From the NCBI RefSeq assembly GCF_009914755.1, contig NC_060936.1: a stretch of DNA of 64,000 nucleotides; one strand, written 5' to 3'. This DNA comes from the human T2T-CHM13v2.0 reference genome, Homo sapiens. This document shows, piece after piece, positions 41,596 to 61,851 of the stretch. Each line of letters begins with the position of its first letter. The stretch's first letter is position 1. The translations under genes and the position numbers were made by a program. The notes below the pieces were generated by a model. It saw only the letters and a list, made by a program, of their open reading frames with translations, was not told where the DNA came from and did not search any database.

Positions 41596-41923
41596 AAATA
41601 CCAAGAATCAGTATCAAAGAGACCATGCTTTTGGCAATAAAGTTAGATCTCAACAAAAAAAAGACAACTGAAAAATTATGGCATTAGAAAGTTAAAAAAA
41701 ATTCTAAATAATTTATGAATCAAATGGAAAGTTGTGAAATATTTAAAAATTAATGAAAAATAAGAACACTGCTGATTCAATTTTGTGGATTGCAACTGAA
41801 ACAGTACTTAGGAGGGATTGATAACCTATAAGGAGATAGTGTAAAAGGTTTTCTTTACAACATGAATGGTTTAAAATTATCAGATGACCACTTTATTGAA
41901 GAGTTTAGAGAAATAGCAGAATA

Positions 41924-42351
41924 CAGTTGACTCTTGAACATGGGTTTGACCTGCACAGGTCCCCTTATACATGAATTTTCTTCCACCTCTCCCAACCCTG
42001 GGACAGCAAGAGCAACCCCTCCTCTTTCTTCTCCTCCTCAGTTTACTCAGCAAGAAGACAATGAGTATGAAAGACCTTTATGATGATCCACTGCCACTAA
42101 ATAAATAGTAAATATATTTCTATTCCTCATGATTTTAATAACATTTTCTTTTGTCTACCTTGCTTTATTGTAAGAATACAGTATAGAATACACATGACAT
42201 ACAACATTTGTGTTAATCAACTGTGTTATCAGTGAGGTGGTCGACAGTAGGCTATTAGTAGTTAAGTTTTGGGGTAGTTAAAAGTTCTACATGGGTTTTC
42301 TATTGCGTGGGGTCAGCGCCTCTAACCCGCACATTGTTCAAGGATCAACTG
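41924..42351. mobile_element. Tigger2a (MER28-type) DNA transposon
   Basis: TA|CAGTTGACTCTTGAACA ... TGTTCAAGGATCAACTG|TA. Confidence 0.9.
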
Positions 42352-44551
42352 TATAGTGAAATAAGGGAGAAAATAATTAAGATAAGATTAGACATTAATG
42401 AAATAAAAGCTAAAGGAATACTAAAAAGGCTCAGCCAAGCCAAAAGAGAGTTATTTGAAAAGACTACGTGACCTACCTCTGACAATCTTAATGGAAAAAG
42501 AGAAAAGGTACAAATATTATTAGAATTGAATGTAATTGCAGGTAAGGGAGAGATTTTAGAAATAGTATTATGAAGAATTTCATGCTCATACTTATAAAAC
42601 TTAGATGAAATGCATAATTTTTAAGAAAACAATAAGCTATCAAGAACCTTAAAGATACTGAATCAGTTGTCAAAACTCTAACCACTGCCCCCTCCACAAA
42701 AAAGGGCCACCAGGTTCACACAGTTTTATAGGCATGTTTAGGTATGTTTCACTCACTCTTTAGGAAAAGTTAAATTTTGTCTTAAACAAAACAAGAGAGT
42801 TTCCTAACATGACTAAGTAGGTGTACCCCACCCCCACCTCCCCAAGAAAGCAAATAGTTTAACACTAGACAAGTTATTACTATAATTCATTACCTTAACA
42901 GATCACAAGAAAAAAAAACATATCTGAAGAGAGGTGAAGAAAGCCTTCGAAAAATCCAACATTATTCATGATACAATTCTTGGCAAACAATGAATTGAAG
43001 GGAACTTCCTTATCTTGCAAGCAAGAATTATGGTTGGTAGTGAAACAGTAGAAGCATTCCAAATAAAGTCAGAAATAAGATAAGGGTACCATCTTTCATG
43101 GCTCCTATTTGGCATTATTCTAGAAATCCTTACTGAGACAAGCCAATACAAAACAACACAGAAAAACTATTTGAATTAATTGAGAAAGTTGACTTGTTTC
43201 AAAGTCACTTTAGAAAAATCAATAGGTAGCTAATATCAGAAACAATAGATTAGAAATAGGATTTTTCAAATCCCATTTATGGTAACAACAAACCATAAAG
43301 TATCTAAACGCAAATCTAATAGAAGTTGCGCAAGGCTTATGTGGAGGAAATCGTAAAACTTAGAAGTGGGGCAAAGACTGAAATAATCAAGAGATATTAT
43401 TCCAAGGGGATAAATGCTAAGATCTAATATTTTGAAGGTGTCAAGTTGACATGCAAATACAGTGCAGTGCTAGCAACATTTACAATAAGACTTTGTGTAT
43501 AAGTGTGGAAAATTATCCTGATATTCATACAAAATAATAAGGACATTTTGAAAAAGAAAAAGGAAAGGGTATTGGTCTTACAAGGCTTCAGGATTTATTG
43601 CTTAGTTTTATTGATTACAGAATGTGGTATTGGCACGGTGAGAGACTGACTAGCCAATAGGAGACTATGAAGAGGCCAGTATAGATGAGAACTTGGTATA
43701 TGCGAGAAGGGCATTATAAGTCAGTGGAAAGGCAAGATAATTCAATAAATAGTACGGAGACAATTGATTATCCACACAGAAAAAATAAAATGAGATCCCT
43801 ATTTCACAGCACTCACACAATACATTCCACATGAATGGAAGGCCTGACTTTGAAAAACAAAAGTCTTAAACTTTTAGAAGAAAACAAAGAACATTTTGAC
43901 CTTGAGGGCAATGAATGATTTCATTAAAAAGACCCAGAAAGTACAAACCCTAAAGAGAACATTTGATATTTGACTACATCCAAAGTAAAAAATTCTATTT
44001 GATCAAGGCCATAATGTGCAAGGCTGTCATAGACTGGGAGATTTTTGCAAATTGCACATTGGCAAATGATTACTATCCAGGATATACAGGAATTTCTACA
44101 AATCATAAGAAAAAGATAAATGATCCACTGGTAGAATAGACAGGTAAAATAGGCAGTTTGCAGAACAAGGCAGTTTGCAGAAGAGAAAAAAATTGAGAGT
44201 CAATAAACATATAAAATGATGCTCAACCTCACTATTATCAGAAATATGCAAATTACAACTAACCGTGGAACACTATTTCATACCCATTGTTTAACAAAAA
44301 TCTCAAAATAGAATTTTGGTGAGGATGTGGGGAAGCAGGGCTTGTACTGGTAAGATGTAAATTGGTACAAGTCTTTTGAAGAGAAATGGATAATACAGAG
44401 TAAAACTGAGTAAAAAATATAAAATGAATTGAAAATATATTGTACAGTTGATTGTGAAAGCCAATACTTCATGACCATGGGTAATTCTAGAGCAGGAGGG
44501 ATGGGAATCGGATGAAGGGAGTGTTTTGCAGTTATGATAATTTACATATTT

Positions 44552-44846
44552 TAAAATTTAATGTAATTTTAAGTTCTGGGATACATGTGCAGGATATGGA
44601 GGTTTGTTACATAGGTAAACGTGTGCTGGGGTGGTTTGCTGCACCTATCAACCCATCACCTAGGTATTAAAACCTGCATACATTAGTTATTTATCCTGAT
44701 GCTCTCCCTCCCCCTATCCCCACCTCAGGCCCAGTGTGTATTGTTCCCTCCCTGTGTCCATATGTTCTCATTGTTCGGCTCCCACTTATAAGTGAGAACA
44801 TGTGGTGTCTGGTTTTCTGTTCCTGCGCTAGTTTGCTGAGGATAAT
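44552..44846 (-). mobile_element. 5'-truncated L1PA (L1PA10/11-like) 3' end
   Basis: Antisense L1 3' UTR gatacatgtgcagg...ctcccacttataagtgagaacatg. Confidence 0.88.
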
Positions 44847-45284
44847 TTGTGTATATTAGTGTCTGTTTCTCCTTTTACTTCTTTGTTAATTCTTCTGTGG
44901 AATTGCTCTTTAAAGCTTTTTTTTGTGCCCTTCACACCGTTTAGAAGAACATTGACTTTACCATGTTAAATAAAATCCCATGGGATTTATTCAGGTGTTT
45001 TGTTAAAACTATATGCTTTGGAGGTGAAAATCCAGATATTTTAACAAAGTTAATGTGTCAAGCTGAATAAAAGATTGGATTTTATGCTTGGACATGCATT
45101 ATGTATAAAATGCCAATAGTAATATTTGATACATTTGTTGGAAAGATGCAATAAAGTGTAAAAGATAAAAAATATCCAAAGCCTATGTGAAAAAATATCA
45201 ACATTAAATCTGTTTCAGATATAAGAGTAATGTTAGATTATTCTTTGTACTTTTCTATATGAGTAGGTGTTTTATAATTTATTT

Positions 45285-48330
<3,046 letters not shown>

Positions 48331-49041
48331 TCCTGAGGTTCTTACCCTTGGGGACAGAGGGATGCCAGCATTATTAAAATATACAAGAGAGATAATCAGT
48401 GAAGGCAGAATGCTGTGCTTGAACTGGATGGTGTTGATTTAGAAAGGAAGATGGCATTCGTCAAAGTGAGGTCAGCAGGCAGCTGGGAATCAAGGAATCA
48501 AAGGACTGATGGGCCAAACTAAATTGATACTGAATTCAACTCAGCATTCAGCCCCTCTATTTACAAATAGCTGTACCTGGCTGTCAGTCTTGCTGAAGAA
48601 GTTTGATCAGGCGTAAAATAGATAGCTTAATAAGGACATTCTCTAAGTTTATTCTCTTGTTTAAGAACAAACAAATGAACAACCAAAAAGTGCAGTTCAA
48701 TTTTCTACAAAAGAGGTAGTCTGTTTCACAGAGGGATTAAATGCTACTGTTTTATCTCTGGGCTGTGACAGGATTAACCAACTTTTTCTGATTCCCAAAT
48801 GTTGGATCTGACTTATCTGTTACTGCTTATTGTGCAGGAGAAAGATTAGTTGTTAGAGTTAAAAATAATAACAGCCCTGTTGAATGTATCTTCATTGAAG
48901 ACTCTGATGTTGAAATAGATTTAAGGAAACATGATACATATTTTCCCTGTGTGTTAGGCTTCTGCTAAATATTTCTTTCAAGCTTTGAGGTTTGCTTGTT
49001 GTGGGGCTAAATGAACAAAAGCTTTTTCAGGTGACTCTAGT

Positions 49042-49225
49042 CCAGTGGTTCTTCAACTTTGGAATATATATGATTCAACTGTAAGTGTGTTAAGTGCAGG
49101 GCCCTGCCTGGGAGAGATGATTCAGAACTTCTGGTGTGGTTAGGCCCAGGAGTCTGAATTTCAAACAATAACCTTTGGTGATTCTGATGCAAACATTGTG
49201 GGACACTTGGAGAAAAATAACTGTA
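49042..49225. mobile_element. MER5-type hAT element
   Basis: ccagtggttcttcaacttt...ggtgattctgatgca...cttggagaaa. Confidence 0.65.
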
Positions 49226-49476
49226 GGTGAGTTTAACTTTTTAAAATTATTTCATTTTCTTCTGTGTATCACTTACATGCATTAATGTATTGGAAGCTTG
49301 GTAATAATATAGGTGAGTGATACAGGTGCACCAAAGTTAGCAGTTTCACAGCTGTGAAGAATTATACCTACAACAAAGAGAGAAACACAAAAAGGAACAC
49401 ACACTGTGCTCCCACAGGAAGTTGAAAATCTAATCCGAAGCAGTGAATTAACTGGCAAGAAGATAAGAAGGTATAA

Positions 49477-49979
49477 TATATTAGCTTCCCATTGCAGCCG
49501 TAAGAAATTTTTGCAAATTCAGTGGCTTCACACAACACAAACTTATTGTCTTACTCTTCTGGAGGTTAGAAATCCAAAATGAGTTTTACAGTGCTAAACC
49601 AAGGACTGTGGAGGGCTGGTCCCTGTGGAGGCTCTGTGGGATGATCTGGTTCCCTGCCTCTCCAGCTTCTAATACTGCATCCATTGCCTTCCCTGGCTTG
49701 TGGCTCCTTTCTCCATCTTTGCATCTTCACATTTTTTTCACATTTCTGTCTGCTCCTGTCATCGTATTGCCTTCTCCTCTTCGGAGGTCCAACGAACTCT
49801 TTCTGCCTCCCCCTTATAATGACATTTGTGATTACACTTAGGATCTACTTTGATAATCCAGGATAATCTCCAGTAATCTAGTAATCTCTTAATTTAATCA
49901 CACCTGCAAAGTTCTTTTTGCTGTAGAAGGCAACATTAAGATGTAGCTATCTTTGGGGGCCATCACTCAGCCTACCACA
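49477..49979 (-). mobile_element. MLT1D-like MaLR LTR
   Basis: cagtggcttcacacaacacaaac...ttctggaggttagaaatcc...gataatccaggataatctcc...cagcctaccaca. Confidence 0.8.
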
Positions 49980-52900
49980 CACATATTTAGAAAAATGTGA
50001 CAATATCAGTGTGAATATAGCAAAGTCCTGCCTGTTCCTGGAAGTCCCTGTAAGTAACTTAAACTTGTAAATTCCACAGCTTAGTAAATAAATGTGAAGT
50101 GATTTACAAGAAGAGACTATACAGTATGCCACAGTGCTAATTTCCTTGCCTGAAGCAAAATGCAGTTGGAAGATGTAATCAATCTATTATAGCAGCGTTT
50201 TAGTACTAGAGTGGACAAGTACCTTCAAAGTTTATTGCCATTTTATGGGAGTCAGAAACATATTGTCAGTCCCTATTGGGTGCAAGGCATCGTATTAGAC
50301 ACAGTAAGGAGTGAAAAGACCGAGCCAATGGTTAAGAAACTTAAAGTCTTGTAGAAAGATAAGCCAAACACACTTTAAGTATAAGAGCCTATAAACCTAC
50401 AAAATAAGGGCCATGGGGCCCAAAAACCCCCATAGTATGTAGCAGACCTGTTTCAGAATTTTTAGTGAGTGTTTTTCTCATGAATTTTTAGTAAAATTCT
50501 GTAAAGAGGGAAGGGGGAAAGTACAAGCAGGGACAGGCCATTAGAGCAACTTTATCAATGATAATACTTGGATTTGCCTTATAACAGTATTTGCTATGGT
50601 GTGAAATTTAGCGTAAGGCTGACTTTTGACCTCAGTAAAGAAGTCTAAGTAATCGTTCTCAAAATATTCATTATATGTATCTGTGGTGCAGATTCTTCGT
50701 GAGATTCACCAAGAGGCTTTGAGATGTCTTTCTGCAATGTGTTTTTGTTAGACTGATAGGTTTTGAGGTAGTTGTGGTTTTCATATCATCATGTGCCTCC
50801 TTCTTAGCACTGAGATTTTACTCCCCATCCATCACCAATTGTAAATTCTCCTCCTTCTCAGAATGAGTTCTTCGACTATGGTGATGGAGGGTGCCTGTTA
50901 CTGGCTGTTCTTGCCGTAAAAACCACAGCACAAATTCTTCACCTGTAATATTATGCTTTTCTACTCACTGGCCTTCTTGTCTCAATGCATCTTAAGTTCT
51001 GTTGCCTAAATAATCTCCCTTTGTCGTTTTCAATCATGTCACTCTGCCTCAAACTCGGCAGTGGCTCTCAACTCCTCAAAGCCTCATGTCCAGTCTTCAT
51101 ATGAGACGTCAAGGCTCTTTGGGCTCTGCCATTTGCCACTCCCGGGCCAGTGCCTTCCCCTTCCTCCTTCCAGCTTCTTCTTTATGTTCATTGGCTCTTG
51201 AATGTGAATCTGGGCATTAGTTCCCTGTTTCTTCTAGACTTTCATGTGTATTTATTTCCCTTTTGCTTAGAAAAAAAAATGTTATCTTCTGAATTTTAAA
51301 TAAGACTAATACTCCTGAGCTTTTAGTTTCTTGTTTACAACATCCTTTCCTCTTTGTATCACCCTGCTGCTTTTTCCCTGGCTTGTTCTGTTTTCCTGAT
51401 TTGTAGGAAGAACCCCCAAATCAAATTATATTCACATAGGTGAATTAATTCAGCTTTACCGGCTGCAATTCAGTGCATTGTGGTTTTGGAATTATTAAAG
51501 AGGGGGACTAGTTTTTCAGTTATAGGCAAAAGGAGAAGTAAATGTATTGTTATAGTGGTATTTTAAAGCTGTGAAATAATTACTGTGTCTTCCAAAGTTT
51601 CTGATGTACTCTTGCAGCATAAAATTTTCTCAGAGAATAGCTCTGGCAAGTCAGAAGGTTTATTTAACTTAAAGTACCAAATTACAAATGTCAAATTAGA
51701 GAAAATGTTATTTAAGTCTTTAACAGGTGCACTACTGTTGTAAATGTTTTTTTCTTTTTCTTGGCTGTGTGGTATAACTATACACTGTTTCACGTGATTA
51801 TATAACAACTACCACAATTCATTTTTAAACAACAAATCATTAATACAGTCTAGAAGAAAGGCTTTAGACAGAGAGATTTAGTTTCATTCCCTTGAAATCG
51901 AATCAATGACTAGAAAATCTCTTCAAATTCTTAATGAACAAAATCAGAATTTATTGCTAATTCCAGGTAGTTTATGATGATAAACTTAAAAAGTCTGTAA
52001 GGTACATTAAGTTATTAGAAGAAAGTCTCTAAATTTATTTAGTAGAAGATTTCATAATAATTCTGACAACTGAATGTGTCTTCTTTTTTTGCATTATATT
52101 GCAATTATATATGTATTTTTACCTTTCTTTAAATAATTTTAGTACAATGAAAGATAGAACTTTGTATGTAATAATTTGAGTAATTGCTCATCTTTACTCT
52201 CATGGGACTCTGACCTTGTTCCGCTGAGTCACCATCTCTTTAGATAGAACTTTTCTGAAGAGCCAATGTAAATTAGATCAAATTTGTTATTCTAAATTAT
52301 AGGACCATGTTATTGTGTCTCCCCCAGTGGACTACAAGCTTCTTGAAAGAAGGGAGCTTTTGTCTTTTGCTTACCTTTGGACACTCAGCATGTGAATAGT
52401 GACCTGACCCTTAATAGACTCTTATTAACTATTAACTGAATAAATAAATGTCCCATTGATGAAATCCTTAAACAGTCTTTGATGTTCTTTTTCTAAATTG
52501 CACAGCTATGAGATATAATTAATTCAAATCTATCTGAAGTTCTCTTCCATTTTGACACTTTCCTAAAGAATATTCTACCCTAATAGTGTTGAGTATCTGG
52601 CACCAGTGCTGTGTTTCCTACCCTTGTGTACACAGCTGGCATTTCACGGATTACAGCACTTTTTTCTGCCAAGTCCAGATATGGTCTCAGGATTCTTCCC
52701 AGCATGTCCTGTAAGCAGCCACCCACAGTGTCAGGATAGCTGAAACTTTATTGCCATCTTTGACTTGTGGGAAAGTGAGATGACCAAAGGGGTTGAAGAT
52801 ATCTGCCTTTAGTATGTTTTTCCTTTCAATGATAAAAATACTTAAAATCTATAAAGAGATGAAATAAACATTTATAGCGAGTCCATGAAATTACAGAGTA

Positions 52901-53984
52901 AAGGCTACTAGGTCCCATAGAAACACCAACAGGAGCTCCCATTTTATCCTAAGGGATCAAAAATTTGTAGTCCTCCACCTTAGCTCATTGCTATGATGTA
53001 TTACCACCAGGGTGGTGCCATAAGCATATTTTTCCACAGTCAGCGTCTGTTTTGTGTTGGTTACTACAGTGATTTCTGTTCAATCAGTAACAAGTTCATG
53101 GCCAGTCAGGAAAGCAAAGAAGAATACACAGGAGTAAAGGATGGAGAAAGGTCGCTGAGCAGTTGATTTGTGTTGTCAAGGGAAATAAAAAATGTAAAGG
53201 AGTAAAACTGTGTCAGGACAAAAAAAACCTTTTCATTATTTTCTCTTCAAAATAAATGTAGACTAGATGAGAAGAATTTTGGCATGTTTGTATGACACAC
53301 CAACCTCTCAGACGTAATATAATAAATAGATAATGATAAACTATAGCCCCCAGAAGGAACTTTGAGCTGAGACCCAGAGAAGTTAATGACTCTCACAACT
53401 AGACAGTAGTTACAGAAAGTTGACCCTCCAGTCCCTGCATACCATTTCCTAGTGTAATGTCCTTTCCACCGGACTAAATGTTTATAGAGTTTGGTTTATA
53501 TTGGTTGTTGGAAGAAGCTCTGCAGAGGAAGAGATAAAGCCTAGTAAGCAATTTACAGTTTCAGAGCTGGGCTCTTATCATGGAATGTCAGAAAACGCTG
53601 CAAATAAGCAGGTGTAATAAAATTATATTTTATTGCTTTTGAGTAATAACTATGTTTATGAAGATTTACTCTCTATGTTATGATTAAGTAGGACCTAGTT
53701 ACTCTAAAAGAAGAAAACAACTGTGATTTCTTTTCACAGTGTAAAGTGAATTATTGTACAAAATTCACTTGATTAACCATACAGGAATTACTCGGTTTGC
53801 AAAATATTTTGTACTTTTCTCCCACTTGTTCAACTGGGTCTCATGTGTTCCAGCAGGTCACTGGAGTGAGATACTGGGAGTACAGATAAGGTGAATGATT
53901 GTTTTTAAGTAAAAATGTGACTACAATTGGCTTTACTTGGTAACTAAAGGACATGTTCAACAGAGGGTTAGGACTGATTGAATA

Positions 53985-54400
53985 AATCCATCTATTTCTC
54001 TGCATCCCTACTGCCATCTCTCCAGTCCAAACCACGGTTATCTTTCATCTGGACTTCTACAATAGTCTAACTCATGTCCTTTTATTTGTTTCTGTTTCCT
54101 CCTAATCCATCATCTTCACTGCAGCCAATGTAGTCTGCTAAAACCTAATTCTGATCATGTCATTCTATGGCTTAAAATCTTTAAGTGACTTGCTTGTGCC
54201 GACGGTATTAAATTCATATTTTGCAATTCGGTTTACAGACACTTGTGTAATATATTTTGTAGCTTCTCTTTACTTCTTCAGTGTCACCTATCACTATATA
54301 TCTCCTCACTTTTCTAATTAGTCTTTCTGCCTGCAGTTTTAACAGGCAGCTTTCTATATCTTAGTTCACCTAGTATAGGTTGTGATTTTTCTGAAATGTG
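53985..54400 (+). mobile_element. L2 fragment
   Basis: catccctactgccatctctccagtccaaaccac...ctggacttctacaatagtc. Confidence 0.6.
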
Positions 54401-54428
54401 AAACTAATTTTATCATGTTCTGGCTTAA

Positions 54429-54774
<346 letters not shown>

Positions 54775-55106
54775 AATTCCCACACATTTTAAAATAACAT
54801 CCTAGTATTCAGTAATCCCTTTACGGTCACTTATTATTTGGTCAGAACTGTTGTCATAGTACATATTGTTACCTTAGTCTGGGATATCATCCTCCTCTTG
54901 GTAGCTTCCTGTGTCCAGCTTATCTTTCAAGATTCAGCTGAAACTTCCCCTCCTCTGAGATGGGTCCTTATTACATACTTCATACTTCCTTAGGACCTAT
55001 ACATACCTATGAAACTCATTCATTTGCTCATTTATTCATCAAAGTTGTATCTAGTAGGCATTTGAGAGGCAAACTGAACAAAATATTTCGACTCACAAAA
55101 CTGGCT

Positions 55107-58560
<3,454 letters not shown>

Positions 58561-59629
58561 GGGAGACTAAAAAAAGGTATAAATAGGTGAATGCCCTACT
58601 TGCACCGATAGTCTCAGGTTGTAAGTATTCTCAGATGTGTTTTGGTTTGGCTGTTAACTGACATGTTCACCTTGGCTATACAGGAAACTCTTTCAAGGAG
58701 CATTATCTGGAAACCATAGCTGGAGGAACTGTAATCAAGAAAGCATAGATTGGTGATGTGGGAGATAAAGGGAGGAATTTGGGGAACTGTGCCTTTGAAA
58801 AGGCAAGAGGAGGTTAAATGTGAAGAGCTTAGCCTTGGATAGGAGCTTAGTCAGTTCATCCTTTGAAATGGCAGGGAAGGGAGGGTACATTGTTATATTT
58901 CTCACATTGTATTTTTGTTGTTAATTTATTTGTTTGCTTTTCCACATAGTATGAACCTCTTAAGAGCAGTAAGTATGAATGTCTTGTTCATTTTGTGGTA
59001 GGAATTTTATTGTTCTATTTCTATTCCCTAGTACAATGCCTAGCACACAGCAGGTAAATAATAGAAGTTTGAATGAGCAAATGAAGACGCTGTGCTGAAC
59101 ATGTATATGTTTTATCTTCTTGCTTAAATTGGATCATTTCCATTAAATCTTGACAAGCAGATTAATTTAATTGTGTTTCTTTTGTCTGGGTGTACAGACA
59201 GCTTGACTAACTGGTAAGATCGATTGATAGGAATGGCTGTGTTTCCACCAAAAACAGGGAAGCGTCCTAAGAGTAAAACCAGTGACATTTGCTGTATCAT
59301 TTTAGAGTAGTTCCGGTTATGGTTTTAACATGAATCTACTAGATACTTTATGTAGAATCTTTTGAAAGCTATTCATTCTTCCTCAGTATCCATTTTACAT
59401 TTATATTTTACCATTCATATGGCAGGTATCATTATCTGTGGTAACAATGTAACTTAATAAATGAGAAGGTCTTTGAGAGTGGTGATTGTATCTTCATTGC
59501 TTTTTATCTCAATAATGCATGTCTTCTTCACTGCTAAATTAAAAATGCTTAGTCCAGGCCCTGATACAAGATGGGTGCGAATAAATATTTGTTGAATGAA
59601 TGAATGCACAAATTAATGAAGACTGTCTC

Positions 59630-60102
59630 TTGTGGATGTTGTTGGTGCACAGACAGACTAGATCCCTTTTCCTGTTTGGTATGCACGTCTTCTAGCTTCC
59701 ACTGCTTTGCTCCTAACAGCTCACACAGGACATCTTCTCCAAAGGACTATCTCTGGGCAGTGAGACCTACATCACCAAGATGCTCAAGAACCAGAAGTGC
59801 CTGGGGTTTTATGTCTTCCCCTTGGTAACCAGTAGCCAATGACAAGGTGCAAGAGTATGGAAGTCTAGTTCTCTTGCCTCAAGGCAGTGTGAACTCACCA
59901 GCGTAATTCACACTCCAGAGCTCCTGTGGATCAGGCTGAGTCCAGGACTTCACCTGAAATTGCACCCTTGCTTAGTTTATTATCCTCCATTTTCCTGCTT
60001 CCCCCATTCTCCTGTAAGTTTCTCCTTAGAGCACTTCTTTATTAAATCACTTGTACATTCATCCTTTTTTAAAGGTCCGCTTCCTATGAACTTTACTTCA
60101 GA
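59630..60102 (+). mobile_element. LTR16A-like ERVL LTR
   Basis: cttgcctcaagg...ctccagagctcctgtggatcaggctgag...cacctgaaattgcacccttgcttag. Confidence 0.7.
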
Positions 60103-60659
60103 TATTGCATGTTTGTTCACAGTTATTGTCAGGGGTAGGGGATCCTAACCACTACCTTCTTAAGAGTGTCAAGTTCTGCTGTTGCAGGTAGTCTCTCCTG
60201 ATAGTTTTTGGTTTTCTAATACTGCCAGCCCAAAATGTTGGTGACTGTAGACTAAATTTGATATTTTATTTAATTGTTGGTAGGAAAGTAGCTTTACAAT
60301 TTCAGTCAATAATTGTTGTAGAATTTAGTAAATAACTTACTGCATTGCAGGTCTTTCGAACATACAGTCAGAATGTGTTTTCCTTGACTTCATACTCTTT
60401 TTAATTACACACATTTCTGTTCTCTCTCTTTAGGCAGAGATAATAAAGAGTTAATCATATAATCAATTTTTATTATAAATAATAATAGATGATGTATAAC
60501 ATGTACAGCTTTATTTGTTTTTAATTGAATGTAAATATTCAATGAGTACAAATTTCTTTTTTTATTGAATGTAAGTGTTCACTTCTATATACTGAGTAAA
60601 CCATTTTTTTTTTTTAGATATTTGAAAAGAACACAAATTCCCTTATCTGTAAAATGGGA

Positions 60660-60850
60660 TTGGAAGTAATATGTTTTAGAACTGAAAGCACTTTAGCAGC
60701 CAGCTGGTGGCCAACACCTTCATTTTATAAATGAGAGTGTTTGAGACCCAAAGAAATTAAGTAATTTGTTCAATATCACCCACCTTGGTTAGTGGCAGAG
60801 TAGGACTAAAATCCAACTCCCAAGCCACTGTGCTCTCTACTGCTCCACAA
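60660..60850 (-). mobile_element. MIR/MIR3 SINE
   Basis: ttcattttataaatgag...gagacccaaagaaattaagtaatttgttcaatatcac...agtggcagagtaggact. Confidence 0.65.
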
Positions 60851-61724
60851 AATACATATTTCTTTTTCATAGAATTGATATGAGGATTAGGGACCACATC
60901 TGTGAAAAATAGATTTAGCCTTTGGAAAGAAAGATGCTAGATAGCTTTATGAAAGCTTTATGAAAACTAATCTCATTTTAACCTTTTCCATACAATTGTT
61001 AGTTTTGTTCAGTTTCATGTTACTTGCTTTAGGCTTTTTTTTTTTTTTGGCCAAGGACTAGATAATATACAATGCTTGCTTTAAAAATCAATATTAAGTA
61101 TCTGGATTGTGTTAGAAATATGAATTATTCTGCTGAGTTTGAAGCCAGGAGCAGTTGCAGACAGCCTTCCAGAATGGTGATTGCTTGTGTACATGAAAAG
61201 TTTTCTATCCCTACTTTGCATATTGGGAATAAAGACAGTTGATTCCAAAGAAAAAAAGGAAGCATAAATTATAGATATATATTCTCAGTCTGGTAATACT
61301 TCGGAAGCTTGATACAACCTGTCTTTAACAAACCATGAATTTTTTCTCCTGCCAAGCCACCATATCCTGCCTACTTTCAGCATAGTCAGGGTCCCATTAT
61401 ACTAATCCACTGTACCTTCCTATCTCTAGCAAGCACATGTAAGTGATAACGTTGAATATTTATTTTGATGCAAGGTGTATAAATCTTCTCAATGTCATCT
61501 TGTAAAGCGAGGAAATTGTGACTTGCTCTCCTTGGTTACTTCAATTACTTCAATTGTTTAAGTTTGGTCCTTTCAGCCCCACTGTGCTTTGATATAGTGT
61601 ATGAACGAGAATCCTGTTTAAGTTTTGTAGTATTCTAAGTGATTTGTGTAGATTCATATTTGCAGGGAAGATAAAACTCAAGTGCTAAAAGGCTAAAGTA
61701 ACTTTTATATATATTTTTAATTAG

Positions 61725-61851
61725 GTACGATTATATGCAAGACCTGATGCTATCAGAAGAGGATCCGGGGACTATGCTCTCCATATAACAAAGAGATTAA
61801 TAGAATTTTATGAAGACTACTTTAAAGTGCCCTATTCCTTGCCAAAACTAG
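61725..61851 (+). CDS. TRHDE: Internal coding exon (127 bp, phase 0 to phase 1; probably exon 3) of thyrotropin-releasing hormone-degrading ectoenzyme (pyroglutamyl peptidase II)
   Basis: Acceptor ttttaattag|GTACGA and donor CTAG|gtaaga. Open frame VRLYARPDAIRRGSGDYALHITKRLIEFYEDYFKVPYSLPKL+G. This is the M1 aminopeptidase segment (Y-x-LPKLD) just before the xAMEN motif, and it matches my recollection of TRHDE. Confidence 0.95.

Larger units (their letters stand above)
40520..44480 (+). mobile_element. Highly decayed L1M body hosting younger inserts
   Basis: Degenerate ORF2 landmarks in the expected order (RT QGCPLS-like region about 43070-43140, WYW about 43625, 3' ORF2 about 44220-44370). 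Confidence 0.6.

Noticed and set aside
49021-49036. Other AG|GT juxtapositions (ttttcAG|GTGACT here, ttttcAG|GTAGCA at about 12736)
   Set aside because: Short pyrimidine tracts and poor donor matches make them much weaker than the site at 3977
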